DNA of 64,000 nucleotides, from the IMG/VR virus record IMGVR_UViG_3300008255_004085. One strand, given 5' to 3'. A model generated the notes under the pieces. The model did not search any database. It had not been told where the DNA came from and saw only the letters and a program-made list of their open reading frames with translations. A program made the position numbers and the translations under genes. Source of the DNA: an uncultured virus (IMG/VR IMGVR_UViG_3300008255_004085). Lineage: Duplodnaviria > Heunggongvirae > Uroviricota > Caudoviricetes. Shown in pieces: positions 48,001 to 58,600 of this stretch. Each line of letters opens with the position of its first letter. Within the stretch, counting starts at the first letter, position 1.

Positions 48001-50824
48001 TTGGTGAGCTTTTTGAATCTGTTGTTTCATCTCCAAGTTGACCAGAAGCATTATTTCCCCAAGCCCAAACAGTCCCATTGGATTTTAATCCAGCGGCAAA
48101 AGTTGCACCAACAGAAAGTTGTGTGAACGAATGTCCACCAACAACTAAAACATAAGAATTTGTATCTGTTGTCGTTTGATTTCCAAGCTCTCCATAAGTA
48201 TTATCTCCAGATGTGAAAACCCAACCATTTTCATCAATAACAGCATTAAACAAATTTCCACCAATTCCAAATAATTGAACATTCTCAAAAAGAATTAAAT
48301 CTGGGACTGGATAAATATGAAAATCATCTTCTCCATAACCTAAAACACCATCTGGATCTTTGATGTATCTGATGTTAAGTGTTGCTAAAACTTTCCCATT
48401 AGCATACCCAGCAACTATTTCAGACGGATTAGCACCAGTCGCTGTCCCATTTATAGAAAATTTAAGAATTAATCTTGAAGAAATAAATGGAGAATCTTTA
48501 TAAGATCCAATAATCATAGAACTTTCAGAGGCAATCCCATCCGAAAGGACCCATTGTTTTTCTTCAATATCATCAAATTGATAAGAAAGTGTGGCGACTG
48601 TTGAATCTAATGTTATTTGGCCCAACGGATCACTATAAAGTTCAAGTTCAAGTTTTGTTGAAATATCTGAAATATAGATTCCATCATAACTATTCAAAAT
48701 TTCATAAAAACTTACTGGATCAATTGTTGATGTTACAAATGCTTCTCCACCGACTCCTGGTTGTCCATAAAAAACCCTATCATCAGAGAATTCTATTGCT
48801 GGTTCAAGAGTAATTGGCATAACATAATCAGAAACCCAAAAACCGACAAATGTCATGTTTTGTCGAACTGCCCAAGTCCAAATGAAATCATTGTCATCAA
48901 AGACTCTAATTGAATAACCTGCTAAAATTGTTCCTCCATAAAATTCTGTTTTATCTGGGAGTTCTGTGCATTCACCAATGCTTAATTGTGTTGCTGTTGA
49001 GGCAGATGTCGCAACAAATGAAGCACCTGATTTATCCCTAAAAATTTCACCAGTGGTCATTCCAGATGATGGATATCCATAGTAACCAGGATAAGGGATT
49101 GGTGAAACATAACCATCAATGATATATGGCTCTGCCCTTAAACTATCTGTGCCAGAGCCCATTTGTCCGCCGGATTTTCTTTTAACTACCAATTGATTTA
49201 CTAATTCTTCCAATCCACCATCAGAAGCTAAATCAACAGCTAAAGTGACTGTGTTTGATGAAACTGTTGTGTTCAAAGCTTGATATCCAGAAAATGTGAA
49301 TTCTTCATCTTGTGTTAGTGTTTTGTTGTCTCCACTATCTGCAACGATTGAGAATTCAGCCGGGATCAAAGCTAATCCATAGGCATTTTTTTCAAGCTGG
49401 TTGTCAGCAGAAAGTTTTAATGACAATCCATCAAGAACCCTGGAAGTTAACAAAACCCCGACTTGACCACTTAAATCATTTGAGAAAGTGATTTTTACCC
49501 AATAAAGAGCAGTTGAGACAACTGTTCCCGGTGCGTCAACTCCAAACAAAGTTGAACTTTTAACAGCAGTTTGCCAATCGGTTTGAGGAGACCAAGATAC
49601 TATTTCACTTCTTGAAAGTGAGACACTTGCTTCAGAAGTCTGGTCGTCAACAGTCAAAGAAGACCAAGCAGAACCATTCCAATAATAAACAGAAATTGTT
49701 GTCTCATTTGAGTTTTTAACAGTTCCCATAGAGAAATTGATTTTTCCAAAAGGATCTGTTGATCCGAAATAAAAAGCATCTTCTGATGAAATCCAAAATC
49801 CACCCATTAATTCTGTCCCTGTTAATCCATCTCCACCGCTAGAAATTTGGTCTAATTCGTCTGTCAGAACACCGTCATTAGACATGATTGCAGCATCAAA
49901 ATCTTCATCTGATCCAGAAGTGTTTTCAAAACCAGATCCTAATTCAAGAGAAATTGTTGCTTCATTCGAATCAGAAATAGATGTTTTAACTGCCCCGTTT
50001 CCACGGAGAATTAGTTTGTCGCCAATCGCTAGTTCTTGTGAGACACCAGAATCTGCGACAAGGAAAAATGCATTTAATGGAAGACTGTCAACATAGATCC
50101 CATCAGCATCAACAGCCAAACCACCACCTGATTTGAGCTTTATAGCCAATTGATCGGAGACAGAATAAATTCCACCATCTGATTTAAGATTTGCATTTAT
50201 TTCAATTGTATCAAGAGTTGTTGCATTTGTTTTAATTCCAGAGCTTCCATCGAACAGAAAAACAGATCCATCTTCAATAGCTTTTAATGTGGAGTTCAAA
50301 CTATTTACATTAAATTCCCATGACCAAAGATTATAACCAGATCCTTTGAAGATTGAGCTTTCACCAGAAAAATTAGAAAAGACAGAAGAAGAAACATTTC
50401 CTTTCCCTATTTTTAGGGAATAGAGTGGTGCTGTGTCATCTTCAGAAAGGACTACAAATGAAACAGCGTCCTCACTTGGATCTGCTGAATCTGGGAGCAC
50501 AAAATCTTCCAGATTAATTACAGCATAAAGATATCCAACGCCAGAAGAAATCTGATAATCAATATCTTTTTGTGTGGTTGAGAACCAAAAAGCTTCTCTT
50601 TGATCATCAAATAAACAGATGATACAACTTGGATATTCTGTTGCGCCATTTTTAAGATCCGAAAATTGTCTAGCACCACCAGAATAAATTCCCTGACCAC
50701 CAATGATTGTGGCTTTTGATCTTGAAAGTGCCATCCGTGCTTCAATATTTTGATTAATATCAATATAACCAATTTCATTCGCACTAGGAATTATATTTAA
50801 TCCATCTCTATTTGTCCAGGACAT
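45062..50824 (-). CDS. Putative tail fibre/appendage protein with 21 RCC1-like blades (paralog 2)
   Basis: About 51-aa repeats DGTVWAWG.N..GQLGD.T...SSP.SVVG.HSF; shared N-terminal domain; AGGAG RBS. Confidence 0.8.
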   Translation of the reverse strand: MSWTNRDGLNIIPSANEIGYIDINQNIEARMALSRSKATIIGGQGIYSGGARQFSDLKNGATEYPSCIICLFDDQREAFWFSTTQKDIDYQISSGVGYLYAVINLEDFVLPDSADPSEDAVSFVVLSEDDTAPLYSLKIGKGNVSSSVFSNFSGESSIFKGSGYNLWSWEFNVNSLNSTLKAIEDGSVFLFDGSSGIKTNATTLDTIEINANLKSDGGIYSVSDQLAIKLKSGGGLAVDADGIYVDSLPLNAFFLVADSGVSQELAIGDKLILRGNGAVKTSISDSNEATISLELGSGFENTSGSDEDFDAAIMSNDGVLTDELDQISSGGDGLTGTELMGGFWISSEDAFYFGSTDPFGKINFSMGTVKNSNETTISVYYWNGSAWSSLTVDDQTSEASVSLSRSEIVSWSPQTDWQTAVKSSTLFGVDAPGTVVSTALYWVKITFSNDLSGQVGVLLTSRVLDGLSLKLSADNQLEKNAYGLALIPAEFSIVADSGDNKTLTQDEEFTFSGYQALNTTVSSNTVTLAVDLASDGGLEELVNQLVVKRKSGGQMGSGTDSLRAEPYIIDGYVSPIPYPGYYGYPSSGMTTGEIFRDKSGASFVATSASTATQLSIGECTELPDKTEFYGGTILAGYSIRVFDDNDFIWTWAVRQNMTFVGFWVSDYVMPITLEPAIEFSDDRVFYGQPGVGGEAFVTSTIDPVSFYEILNSYDGIYISDISTKLELELYSDPLGQITLDSTVATLSYQFDDIEEKQWVLSDGIASESSMIIGSYKDSPFISSRLILKFSINGTATGANPSEIVAGYANGKVLATLNIRYIKDPDGVLGYGEDDFHIYPVPDLILFENVQLFGIGGNLFNAVIDENGWVFTSGDNTYGELGNQTTTDTNSYVLVVGGHSFTQLSVGATFAAGLKSNGTVWAWGNNASGQLGDETTDSKSSPISVVGAHSFVSLAAGTTHIIGLKEDGSVWGWGDNASGELGDETINAQSSPISVVGEHSFISISAGGSYNLASKEDGTVWAWGLNSSGQLGDETTASKSSPISIAYAPPNTSWVEMNVSQNVISLLDSDGYVWNWGYNYAGHLMLESTYSFVSIPAVRSYFHSITQSFQTIVPRDYATAALDTNGKIWGWGVGNYIGAGEGLPTAVSSPTIAIGQTNKTFTKLGQKCLVGCSLRDNGKVYLWSTFSSSGYQTGYSYIDARYNSVQEFESFETGYYRIYSLDSDGICWYYGTRTADGGSDLTSPIALYPNLFSFIQVSGISTHGVGLKANGTAWSWGLTSSTPSLEGNYYGQMGDGTTTVKSSPVSVVGNHSFISVSTGNTHTLALKADGSVWAWGQTPLGDNTMISRSSPVSVVGNHSFIKIIASYLDSYAIKADGTVWAWGSNNYGQLGDGTTSYKLSPVAVLGGAHSFIDLVFCQATDAYQTVAALKENGEIWVWGSNAHYQCAPSGFSTNTSPIQVIGGHSFIEIGSNRRSGTFYGLKEDGMVWAWGQTNNNAIRGKNYADIPDVSSPVQVVTYQDYDQISGCAGRKREDSTIVIFGGLGYCEYTATSDSYFPSMFDYDYSFVDIVGFSYGGFCALSGDGTLWQWGYNQYGEIANPSVAVGSGTSSPVSVVGAHSFIKITSNNQWGFAALKENGTVWCWGLNGGSVGDGTNITRSSPVSVIGAHSFVDIFSGDICTFGLKDDGTLWGWGFNDIGQLADGTNINRSSPVSVIGDHSFIDVNIRFYSTYARKEDGTVWAWGSNTYGFLADGTTVLKSSPVLVNIALNQNTPEQLVASDTHSILLTAEGEIWSWGDNTNGQLGNETVDAKSSPISVVGDHAFSSISSGSNFSAGLKSDGSIWAWGDNTSGQLGNNSFTSESSPISVIGNHSFSQFYCASAFCSGLKVDKSLWVWGDNASGQLGDGSTSDKVSPIKIIGYS

Positions 50825-50854
50825 ATTCTCTCCTAATTTAATTATACATAAATC

Positions 50855-53800
50855 TTAAACTTTAATCACTTGCACTGGTGAACTCTTTGAAACTTTTGTT
50901 CCGTCACCAATTTGACCTGAAGCATTGTTTCCCCAAGCCCAAACAGTTCCATCTGTCTTAACTCCGAAAGAGGTATCATATCCAACCCCTATTGAAATGA
51001 ATGAATGATCTCCGACAACTGAAATCGGTGAGCTTTTGTCAGCGGTCGTCTCATCTCCAAGTTGACCAGAACCATTTTCACCCCAAGCCCAAGCTGTCCC
51101 ATTCTCTTTCAACCCCAACGAAAAAACTTGCCCAGAAATCAACGAAATAAATGAGTGATCTCCGACAATAGAAATTGGTGAGCTTTTTGCTGCTGTCGTT
51201 TGATCTCCAAGCCCTCCTGATGAATTGCTCCCCCAACCCCAAGCTGTTCCATCATTTTTTCTTGCCAAGATGTGTGAATAACCCATTGAGATTTCAACAA
51301 ATGAGTGATCTCCAACAACGGAAACTGGTGAACTTTTTGCTGCTGTAGTTTGATCCCCAAGTTCTCCTGTGGAATTATCTCCCCAGCCCCAAGCTGTCCC
51401 ATCTGATTTCAGGGTCAAAATTGTCCCAAATCCTGCTGAAATTGACGAAAATGAATGGCTTCCGACGACTGAAACTGGCGAACTTCTTGACACTGTTGTT
51501 TGATCTCCTAATGCCCCATTAGCATTTGAGCCCCAAGCCCAAGTTGTTCCGTCAGCTTTTAAGCCATAAGCTCTAAGATCTCCTGCGGAAATTGATGTGA
51601 ACGAATGTCCACCAACAACTGAAACGGGGGAAGAAGAATCATCTTTTGTATTATTTCCAAATTGACCGTTCGCATTCCTGCCCCAAGACCAAATAATTCC
51701 ATCTGTGTCCAGAGCAACAGCAAAATCACCAAATGATGAGACTTGGGAGTATGAAACATTTCCAACAATTGAGACAGGTGAAGATTTTCCAGATTTTTGC
51801 TGAATTCCAAGTTGTCCAAATGAGTTGTCGCCCCAAGCCCAAATTTTAAAGTTCTCATCGAGAGAATAGGTTGATTCTTCTGTGCCTGTGATAGTTCTAA
51901 ATTTCATAGGCAAAATCCACCTACCAATGTGAACATGTATCTCATCAACAAGATCTGATTTGAGGACAACTTGAATTGGAGAACTTTTGTCAACGGTCGT
52001 TTCATCTCCAAGCTGCCCAGAGCCATTTTCTCCCCAGGCCCAGACTGTTCCATCTTCTTTTAGTGCCTCAACATGTGAAGACCCAGCGGAAACGGAAAGG
52101 AAAGAATGATCACCAACAACAGAAACAGGGGAACTTTTGTCAGCGGTTGTTTCATCTCCAAGCTGCCCAGAACCATTTTCCCCCCACGACCAAACAGATC
52201 CGTCTGATTTTAATCCAAGACTAAAATCATCGCCAACAGAAAGATGTGTAAACGAGTGACCACCAACAACAGAGACTGGTGAGCTTTTTGCCGCTGTTGT
52301 TTGATCCCCAATCCCACCACTTGAGTTGTCACCCCAGGCCCAAGCTGTCCCGTCTGCTTTTAATGCTAAAATTCTAATTGATCCACAGGCGATTGAAGTA
52401 AAAGAATGGCCTCCGACAACTGAAATAGGAGATGATTTTGATGCTGCTGTTTGATCACCTAGCTGACCGAGTTGGTTTCTCCCCCAGGCCCAAACAGTCC
52501 CATCTGACTTCAACCCCAAATTAAATCTTGTTCCACCTTCGCTTTGAATAAATGAATGACCTCCGACAACTGAAACGGGAGAAGATTTGGAAGTTGTTGT
52601 TTGGTCTCCAAGTTCCCCATAAGTATTGACACCCCATAGCCAAACGGATCCGTCCTCTTTCCGTCCACCACGACCATCCGAGGTGTGAATCGCTATAAAT
52701 GAATGATTCCCGATGACAGAAACAGGAGAAGATTTGTTTGTGGTTGTCCCATCTCCAAGCTCTCCACTTGAATTTCCGCCCCAAGTCCAAGCTGTCCCGT
52801 CTAATTTTAATCCTTCATAACGAACAACTTGTACAAAAGAATGACTTCCCACTGCTAAAACAGGGAGAGATTTGTTTGTTATTGTTTGGTCTGCTAAACC
52901 ACCATTTGAAGCACTTCCCCATGAAAAAAGTCTTCCATATCTATCTAAACCTATTGATGTGGCTGCTTGGTGAGATGAGATTTGTTTAATTTTTACCTCT
53001 GAAAAATCAATGAATTTATCTGGCCCATAAAACAAAAAGTCATCAACAACAATTCCATATTCATTTGTTGAAAATATATATTCATGGAAATGGAATTGAT
53101 GTTCTGAAACCCATCTATTTTTTGCATCATCTTTAAACCAAATCATAAAATCAATTGTTGGATGACTTGATGAATTTGAAAATATTGAACTAGCTAAATA
53201 TTTTATCCTATAATCATCATTCACTTGATAAAGATATGGAATTGTTTCTGATGATGCAACTTCAACTTGCATCCATTCTCCAGGTGTCCCACCAACAACA
53301 CATTTAAACAATGATCCAAGGGCATCTCTGATTAAATGCTTTTCTTGGAATGTGCCAGTTGTTGGAGCACCATAATAACTTTGAAGTGTTAAATCCTGGG
53401 TGACATCAAGATAAAGGCCATCTGTAGAACAAAGAATTCCACCATTTTCTTTGATGTTAACTTGAAATTCATCAGAAACTTCTTCAAAATGTTCAGGATT
53501 GTATTTCAAATAAAATTCAATTTCCTCTCCAGTTTTAGTCCTTGTTAAAATAGATGGAGCACCTGAATTATAAATCAAAGTTATTTCATCATCTTCTTCC
53601 ATTGATTGACTTGTCCCAGAATTCCCAGAAAGAGTTAAATTAACTTCGTCTCTAGCTAATCCATCATCTTTTAGAATTAGATATCCATCATCAACGATCT
53701 TAATTCGAATCCAATCTTCACCTTGAATTAAGCCACCATCTGCATCCAAGTTTAGATAAATTGAAATAACATCTGTATCTTCAATAGCAGTTGAAAATGG

Positions 53801-54640
53801 TGCTATTCCACCGATTGAGATATTTAAACCAAGGCTGATGTTTGAATTATTCCCATAACTATCTTCTAGGATAAAAGAAGAAGGGGAAGAAAGAAAAATA
53901 CCATCAAGATTTGCTCTTACGATTCCACCAGATTTTGTTTTAATTTGAAGCTGATTATCAAAAAATTCTAGACCAGAATTATTTGCAAGATCGATAGCTA
54001 GATTCAAACTCGTTGATGGTCCTGTTGTTAATTTAACGCCATCACCAGATGAAAAAGAAACAGTCTCACCATTAGATATTTCTTGGTCTGCTCCGCTATC
54101 TGCACTTAATGTGAAATATTTAGAGAAAACAGTTTTAAAATTTGTTGAGAAATAAGAAAAAGATGTAAATGCGCTGGATGCAACAACACCAGTCCCAAGT
54201 TTCAATGAGTTTGAAGGGGCTGCATCTGCTGTTGCTTGTGCAATTAAATAAAAATCGTTTCTACCACCAATTGCAGCAGCAGGGACCAAACCATTCTCGG
54301 TTAAAACAACAGCATAAAGAGTTGCCGCAGCAATTGAGGCTGATGAAAAATAGATCTGTTTGAACACATCACAATCAAACCACCATGGATTATTTGAAGA
54401 ATCTAAAATAGCCATTGTGATCGGTGGGTATTTGTTAGCAGAAGAATTAAAATCAGTTAAATCAACGGCACCACCAGCAAAAACACCAGGAGCATCAAGC
54501 ACACTTGCGTCAAAATATGACCAAGCAATCCTTGCTCGAATATTTTGTTCAAAATCCTCTTCATTTGCAACAGTGTTAGATCCATTACTTTCTGGAAGAA
54601 TGTTTAAACCTAATCTATCACTCCACGCTGACGTTGCCAT
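50855..54640 (-). CDS. Putative tail fibre/appendage protein with 14 RCC1-like blades (paralog 1)
   Basis: 14 WxWG repeats in two blocks of 7; shared N-terminal domain; PTTGT...GTPGEW motif; AGGAG RBS. Confidence 0.8.
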   Translation of the reverse strand: MATSAWSDRLGLNILPESNGSNTVANEEDFEQNIRARIAWSYFDASVLDAPGVFAGGAVDLTDFNSSANKYPPITMAILDSSNNPWWFDCDVFKQIYFSSASIAAATLYAVVLTENGLVPAAAIGGRNDFYLIAQATADAAPSNSLKLGTGVVASSAFTSFSYFSTNFKTVFSKYFTLSADSGADQEISNGETVSFSSGDGVKLTTGPSTSLNLAIDLANNSGLEFFDNQLQIKTKSGGIVRANLDGIFLSSPSSFILEDSYGNNSNISLGLNISIGGIAPFSTAIEDTDVISIYLNLDADGGLIQGEDWIRIKIVDDGYLILKDDGLARDEVNLTLSGNSGTSQSMEEDDEITLIYNSGAPSILTRTKTGEEIEFYLKYNPEHFEEVSDEFQVNIKENGGILCSTDGLYLDVTQDLTLQSYYGAPTTGTFQEKHLIRDALGSLFKCVVGGTPGEWMQVEVASSETIPYLYQVNDDYRIKYLASSIFSNSSSHPTIDFMIWFKDDAKNRWVSEHQFHFHEYIFSTNEYGIVVDDFLFYGPDKFIDFSEVKIKQISSHQAATSIGLDRYGRLFSWGSASNGGLADQTITNKSLPVLAVGSHSFVQVVRYEGLKLDGTAWTWGGNSSGELGDGTTTNKSSPVSVIGNHSFIAIHTSDGRGGRKEDGSVWLWGVNTYGELGDQTTTSKSSPVSVVGGHSFIQSEGGTRFNLGLKSDGTVWAWGRNQLGQLGDQTAASKSSPISVVGGHSFTSIACGSIRILALKADGTAWAWGDNSSGGIGDQTTAAKSSPVSVVGGHSFTHLSVGDDFSLGLKSDGSVWSWGENGSGQLGDETTADKSSPVSVVGDHSFLSVSAGSSHVEALKEDGTVWAWGENGSGQLGDETTVDKSSPIQVVLKSDLVDEIHVHIGRWILPMKFRTITGTEESTYSLDENFKIWAWGDNSFGQLGIQQKSGKSSPVSIVGNVSYSQVSSFGDFAVALDTDGIIWSWGRNANGQFGNNTKDDSSSPVSVVGGHSFTSISAGDLRAYGLKADGTTWAWGSNANGALGDQTTVSRSSPVSVVGSHSFSSISAGFGTILTLKSDGTAWGWGDNSTGELGDQTTAAKSSPVSVVGDHSFVEISMGYSHILARKNDGTAWGWGSNSSGGLGDQTTAAKSSPISIVGDHSFISLISGQVFSLGLKENGTAWAWGENGSGQLGDETTADKSSPISVVGDHSFISIGVGYDTSFGVKTDGTVWAWGNNASGQIGDGTKVSKSSPVQVIKV

Positions 54641-54658
54641 AAATAACTCCTAAAAACT

Positions 54659-55672
54659 TTAAATAATTATATCAGAATCTCCAATAGAACTTGAATTAAC
54701 TTTTGCATAAACAACACCATCAACATCTATTTTCATTATTAAATCCTGTGAATATTTTTGAATTAATTTTAATTGAATCTTATGAATTCCATCAACAAAT
54801 AATGGTTCTGATTGTTTATGAATTGTATAAGTCCCTCTATAAACAGAAACATTATTTATATTTCCCACGAATTCTGCTATTTGATCTGTTGCATAAAGGG
54901 CTGTTTGGCTTGGTGGAATTACATCATAAAGAAGTGTCGGCGCATAATCATCATCAGCCATCATCCTATTTGCAACAAATTCAATATAAATAGTAGAAGA
55001 ATCCAAAGACTTCCCAAGTGTATAACTTTCTAGTTTTGTTTCATCATTACCTATTAAAGCAGAAGAAATAGGAACAGTTCCTGTGATTGGCATGTTTTGC
55101 CAAATATTAAATGGATAATCTATAACTTGTTCATCTTGATCATTAGTTATCAATCCATGAAAGAAATAAATAGAAAATTTTAAACTTCCTGGTGCTTGAT
55201 TATAAATAGATCTATCTTCTGAAGTTACAGAAATAGAAAGGGCACTAGCACCAAAATTGGGTTCTACTATTTTATAAAAAGTTAAAACAAAAGAAATTGT
55301 GAAAGGAACACCAAAAGAATCTTCTAATAAAATCTCAATTTTTCCATCTTTGACGTTCGCTGGCTCTTTTTTCAAAACATTATTTTCATTATCTTTAAAA
55401 ATTATTTCAGAAATGTTCCAAGACACAAGATTATCATAGTTAATTTCTATTTTATTCGATTCATTTGTTTTTACATGAAAAACATTTGTAACTGATGAAT
55501 ATCCAACAAAAACATCTAAATCTATTCCATTTAAAACATTCCCATAAGAATAGACATCATTTTGATTTTCAAATTGAATTGAATTATTTGATTGAATTTG
55601 AAAATTGATAGTTTCAGATCCTATTTTTATTGTATATTCTGGTTTATTTATTTTACTTTCGAATAAATACAT
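54659..55672 (-). CDS. Hypothetical protein
   Basis: 337-aa ORF with GGAG RBS, co-oriented with neighbours. Confidence 0.7.
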   Translation of the reverse strand: MYLFESKINKPEYTIKIGSETINFQIQSNNSIQFENQNDVYSYGNVLNGIDLDVFVGYSSVTNVFHVKTNESNKIEINYDNLVSWNISEIIFKDNENNVLKKEPANVKDGKIEILLEDSFGVPFTISFVLTFYKIVEPNFGASALSISVTSEDRSIYNQAPGSLKFSIYFFHGLITNDQDEQVIDYPFNIWQNMPITGTVPISSALIGNDETKLESYTLGKSLDSSTIYIEFVANRMMADDDYAPTLLYDVIPPSQTALYATDQIAEFVGNINNVSVYRGTYTIHKQSEPLFVDGIHKIQLKLIQKYSQDLIMKIDVDGVVYAKVNSSSIGDSDIII

Positions 55673-55696
55673 ATTTCACTCCAATAATTAAAATAA

Positions 55697-58600
55697 TTAA
55701 CATGAGATAAGCACATGGTCGTTTGAAAGGATTGAGACACCAGTTGGGAGTTTTAATCGACCTAATCCATAATCCCAAACAACATTTGTTGTTGAATCAA
55801 AAATATATGCTCTTGAATTTAAACCTTCTGGTGTTTTTTGTGAAATTAGAACAAGTATGTTCCCATTACTTAATTTATAAGCATCTATTGGAGAATATTT
55901 AGTTGAAATTGATTTAATTATTTGTTCTTGTTCTGGATCAATTTCAACAATTAAATTAAGTGAAGGTAAAGAAGCAATCAAATTCCCATCTGATAACAAT
56001 CTAGCTGAACCAAATTCTCCGATAGAAAATGTCGTTGATGTATCTAACACACTCCAAGCTTTAATCCCATCTGTTGTTAAACTAACAATTGAGTGTTTAT
56101 TTGCTTGTGCAATAACATATCTACTTTCGCTTTCTTTTATTACACTAACAGGATGAAGGATGTCCCAATAAATAATATCTGCTCTTTGAACAGATACTTC
56201 AAGATTAAAATCATTTGATTGTGTATCGATCAAAACAGTGCTATCTGCATTTCCATCATCATCAAAATCACCAAGTCTGACCCATTCATCGTCAGAAAGT
56301 TCTAAATCTGAATAAAGCTGATTAAAATCATCTATTTGGGTGGGGGTATAAAGTCCGCTCATTCTCATTAAAATCCAAGGAACGTTATATCTTGGTTCTG
56401 TTAAATAAACAGTTGATGTTCCAGAGGCATAAGAGAGATATGGAAGTAAACCATAGAAATTCACCGTTGAACTTGAAATTAATTGAGTTGAAGAATAAGA
56501 ACCATTTGGATAAGCTTCGATTAAACTATCAGTTTCAGTTGAAAAAATAAATGGATTATAATTGTTAACAAATTCTGTTGCCCCATGCTCGCCTGAAGTG
56601 CTTCCAAAATTGCTTGATGAAGTATCAGTCTCTTCTTCAAACCATTGGGCACTTGGAGCACTTTCGATTGATTGTGCTGAAGCTGAAGATAATGATTTAA
56701 CTTCTCCTCCGGTTGGGACATAAGCTCCATTGTCTAATTGAATAATCAAATCACCAGAGCCCCAAGCTTCAACTCTGGCTTTTGACTCTGATGTTAAATC
56801 AAACAAAACAATTGAGCCAATGATTGTTTGCAATGAACTATTTGAACCACTTTTACCTATTCCTGGAATTATCGTAGCTCTATTTTTTTGTTTTTGAGTC
56901 CCAGCTTCTATTTGCGAAGAATTTGAAGGGTCTGTAAATTCATCATCATCTAAATCTACAAGGTTATTATGAAGAGCACTCCCAATAATTGAAATTTCAG
57001 AATTTGTTTCATTCAAAAGAATCTGATTTGTTCCATTCTCTGTCATTAATTTAACTTTATCAAAATCAAATTTTGCTAATTCAACCATTTGTGAGAATGT
57101 TATTGCTACTTGTCCAAGTCTTGAATTATAACTCGCTGTTAAAACAACAAGATCTCTTAATTTTAATGGTAAATAACTATTGCCTTGGAAAATTTTATAA
57201 ATTTGTCCAGCACTCGTCATTTCGATAACCCTATCATTGCCTGTGTCAGAAATTAAATAGTTCCCATTATCTAATTTTTCAACTTGCGTGGGGTGAATTA
57301 ATCCGCTCCCAAGCTTGAAAAATGCTTGAATCGGAGAAATCGGGAAATCAAATCCATCAAAAGTATAATCAACTATTTTTTCATCATTTTTATCTATTGT
57401 TTTAACAACATTCCCTTCAATAAAATGTCTTGAGTTAACATTAGAATATTTTTCTAATTCTATATAATCACTTGTTCCATCAATTAAATTAATATTTAAA
57501 ATTTCATCATAATTTTGCCAAGTTGAATAGGTATTCCATGCTTTTAGGTTTGATCCTGATGCTAATGTATAATGAAGTGTTAAGGATGAAAAAGTTGGTG
57601 TCACCAATCTATTCCCAGATGCGATCAAATTGATTTGGACTTCAATCCAATAACTATTTGATTGATTAAGAACATATGTCCCAGGATCTGTTTCATGTGG
57701 TTCGATATAAATAGCTCTTGCTGATGATAATCCATCTTCTGTGTCGGCAGTTCTAGTAAAAATTGTTATATTTGGATCTACTCCATATCCAGAATAAGCA
57801 GGGATTAAAGAATCATAAATAATTCTTGTCCAATTTGTTAATTGATTTGTAGTAAATCTGAGTTTTAGATATCCACTTTCTTGAAAAAGTGAATCGTTAT
57901 ATCTATAAATTAAAATGTTTTCAGTCGGATCAGCACTAGAAATATAATCATAGATACTTGTTGACATATCACCTGCATCTGGTCTTGTTACAACAAATTG
58001 GAATGGGACTTCTGGATCCCATCCAGAAGAAGTTCTGGTATAAAATCCAATCCCAGAAATCGAACTTAAATCAGAAAATTGTTGAAGATCTACACTTGTG
58101 AATCTTGGTTCGTCAGTCACCGACCCTTGATCTAAAATTTTAACCCCATCTTGAACCACAATTTTATCTGTTCCTCCACTTGTTTCAAATGCAACAAGAT
58201 TTGAGTTTGTGGAATCAAAATCCGAAGGGACGGATCCGATAAGGAACATATAGATATCACCATGATCACTTTGACTTTCTTCAGAAAGCTCAAATGAAAA
58301 TTCTAATTTTGAACTAATTCTCCAATCTTGAGAATCTATTGTCGTTGTCCCTGGAAGATAAAAGAATCTAAATGTAAAATATCCTATATCATAATTAACT
58401 GTGAAATTGCCATCTGATCTAGAAGAATTATTTGAAATTATTTGAACAGAAGAGAACCAATCAGCAGAATCTGTTTTACTAAAAACAGATGAAAAATCAA
58501 TTGTTTTTTCTATACTTATAACACCATCATCATCAAGAGAAATATTTTCAGATCTTGTAATTAAATCATTTGGATTTAAATCGGAATCTTTATAATCACT

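Noticed and set aside
45065..52970. CRISPR array suggested by periodic repeats
   Set aside because: The ~153-nt period is in-frame protein repeat, the units are degenerate, and no cas genes are present
45062..54640. Diversity-generating retroelement acting on the RCC1 repeats
   Set aside because: No reverse transcriptase or non-coding template repeat in the window; repeat differences are not adenine-specific and are often synonymous
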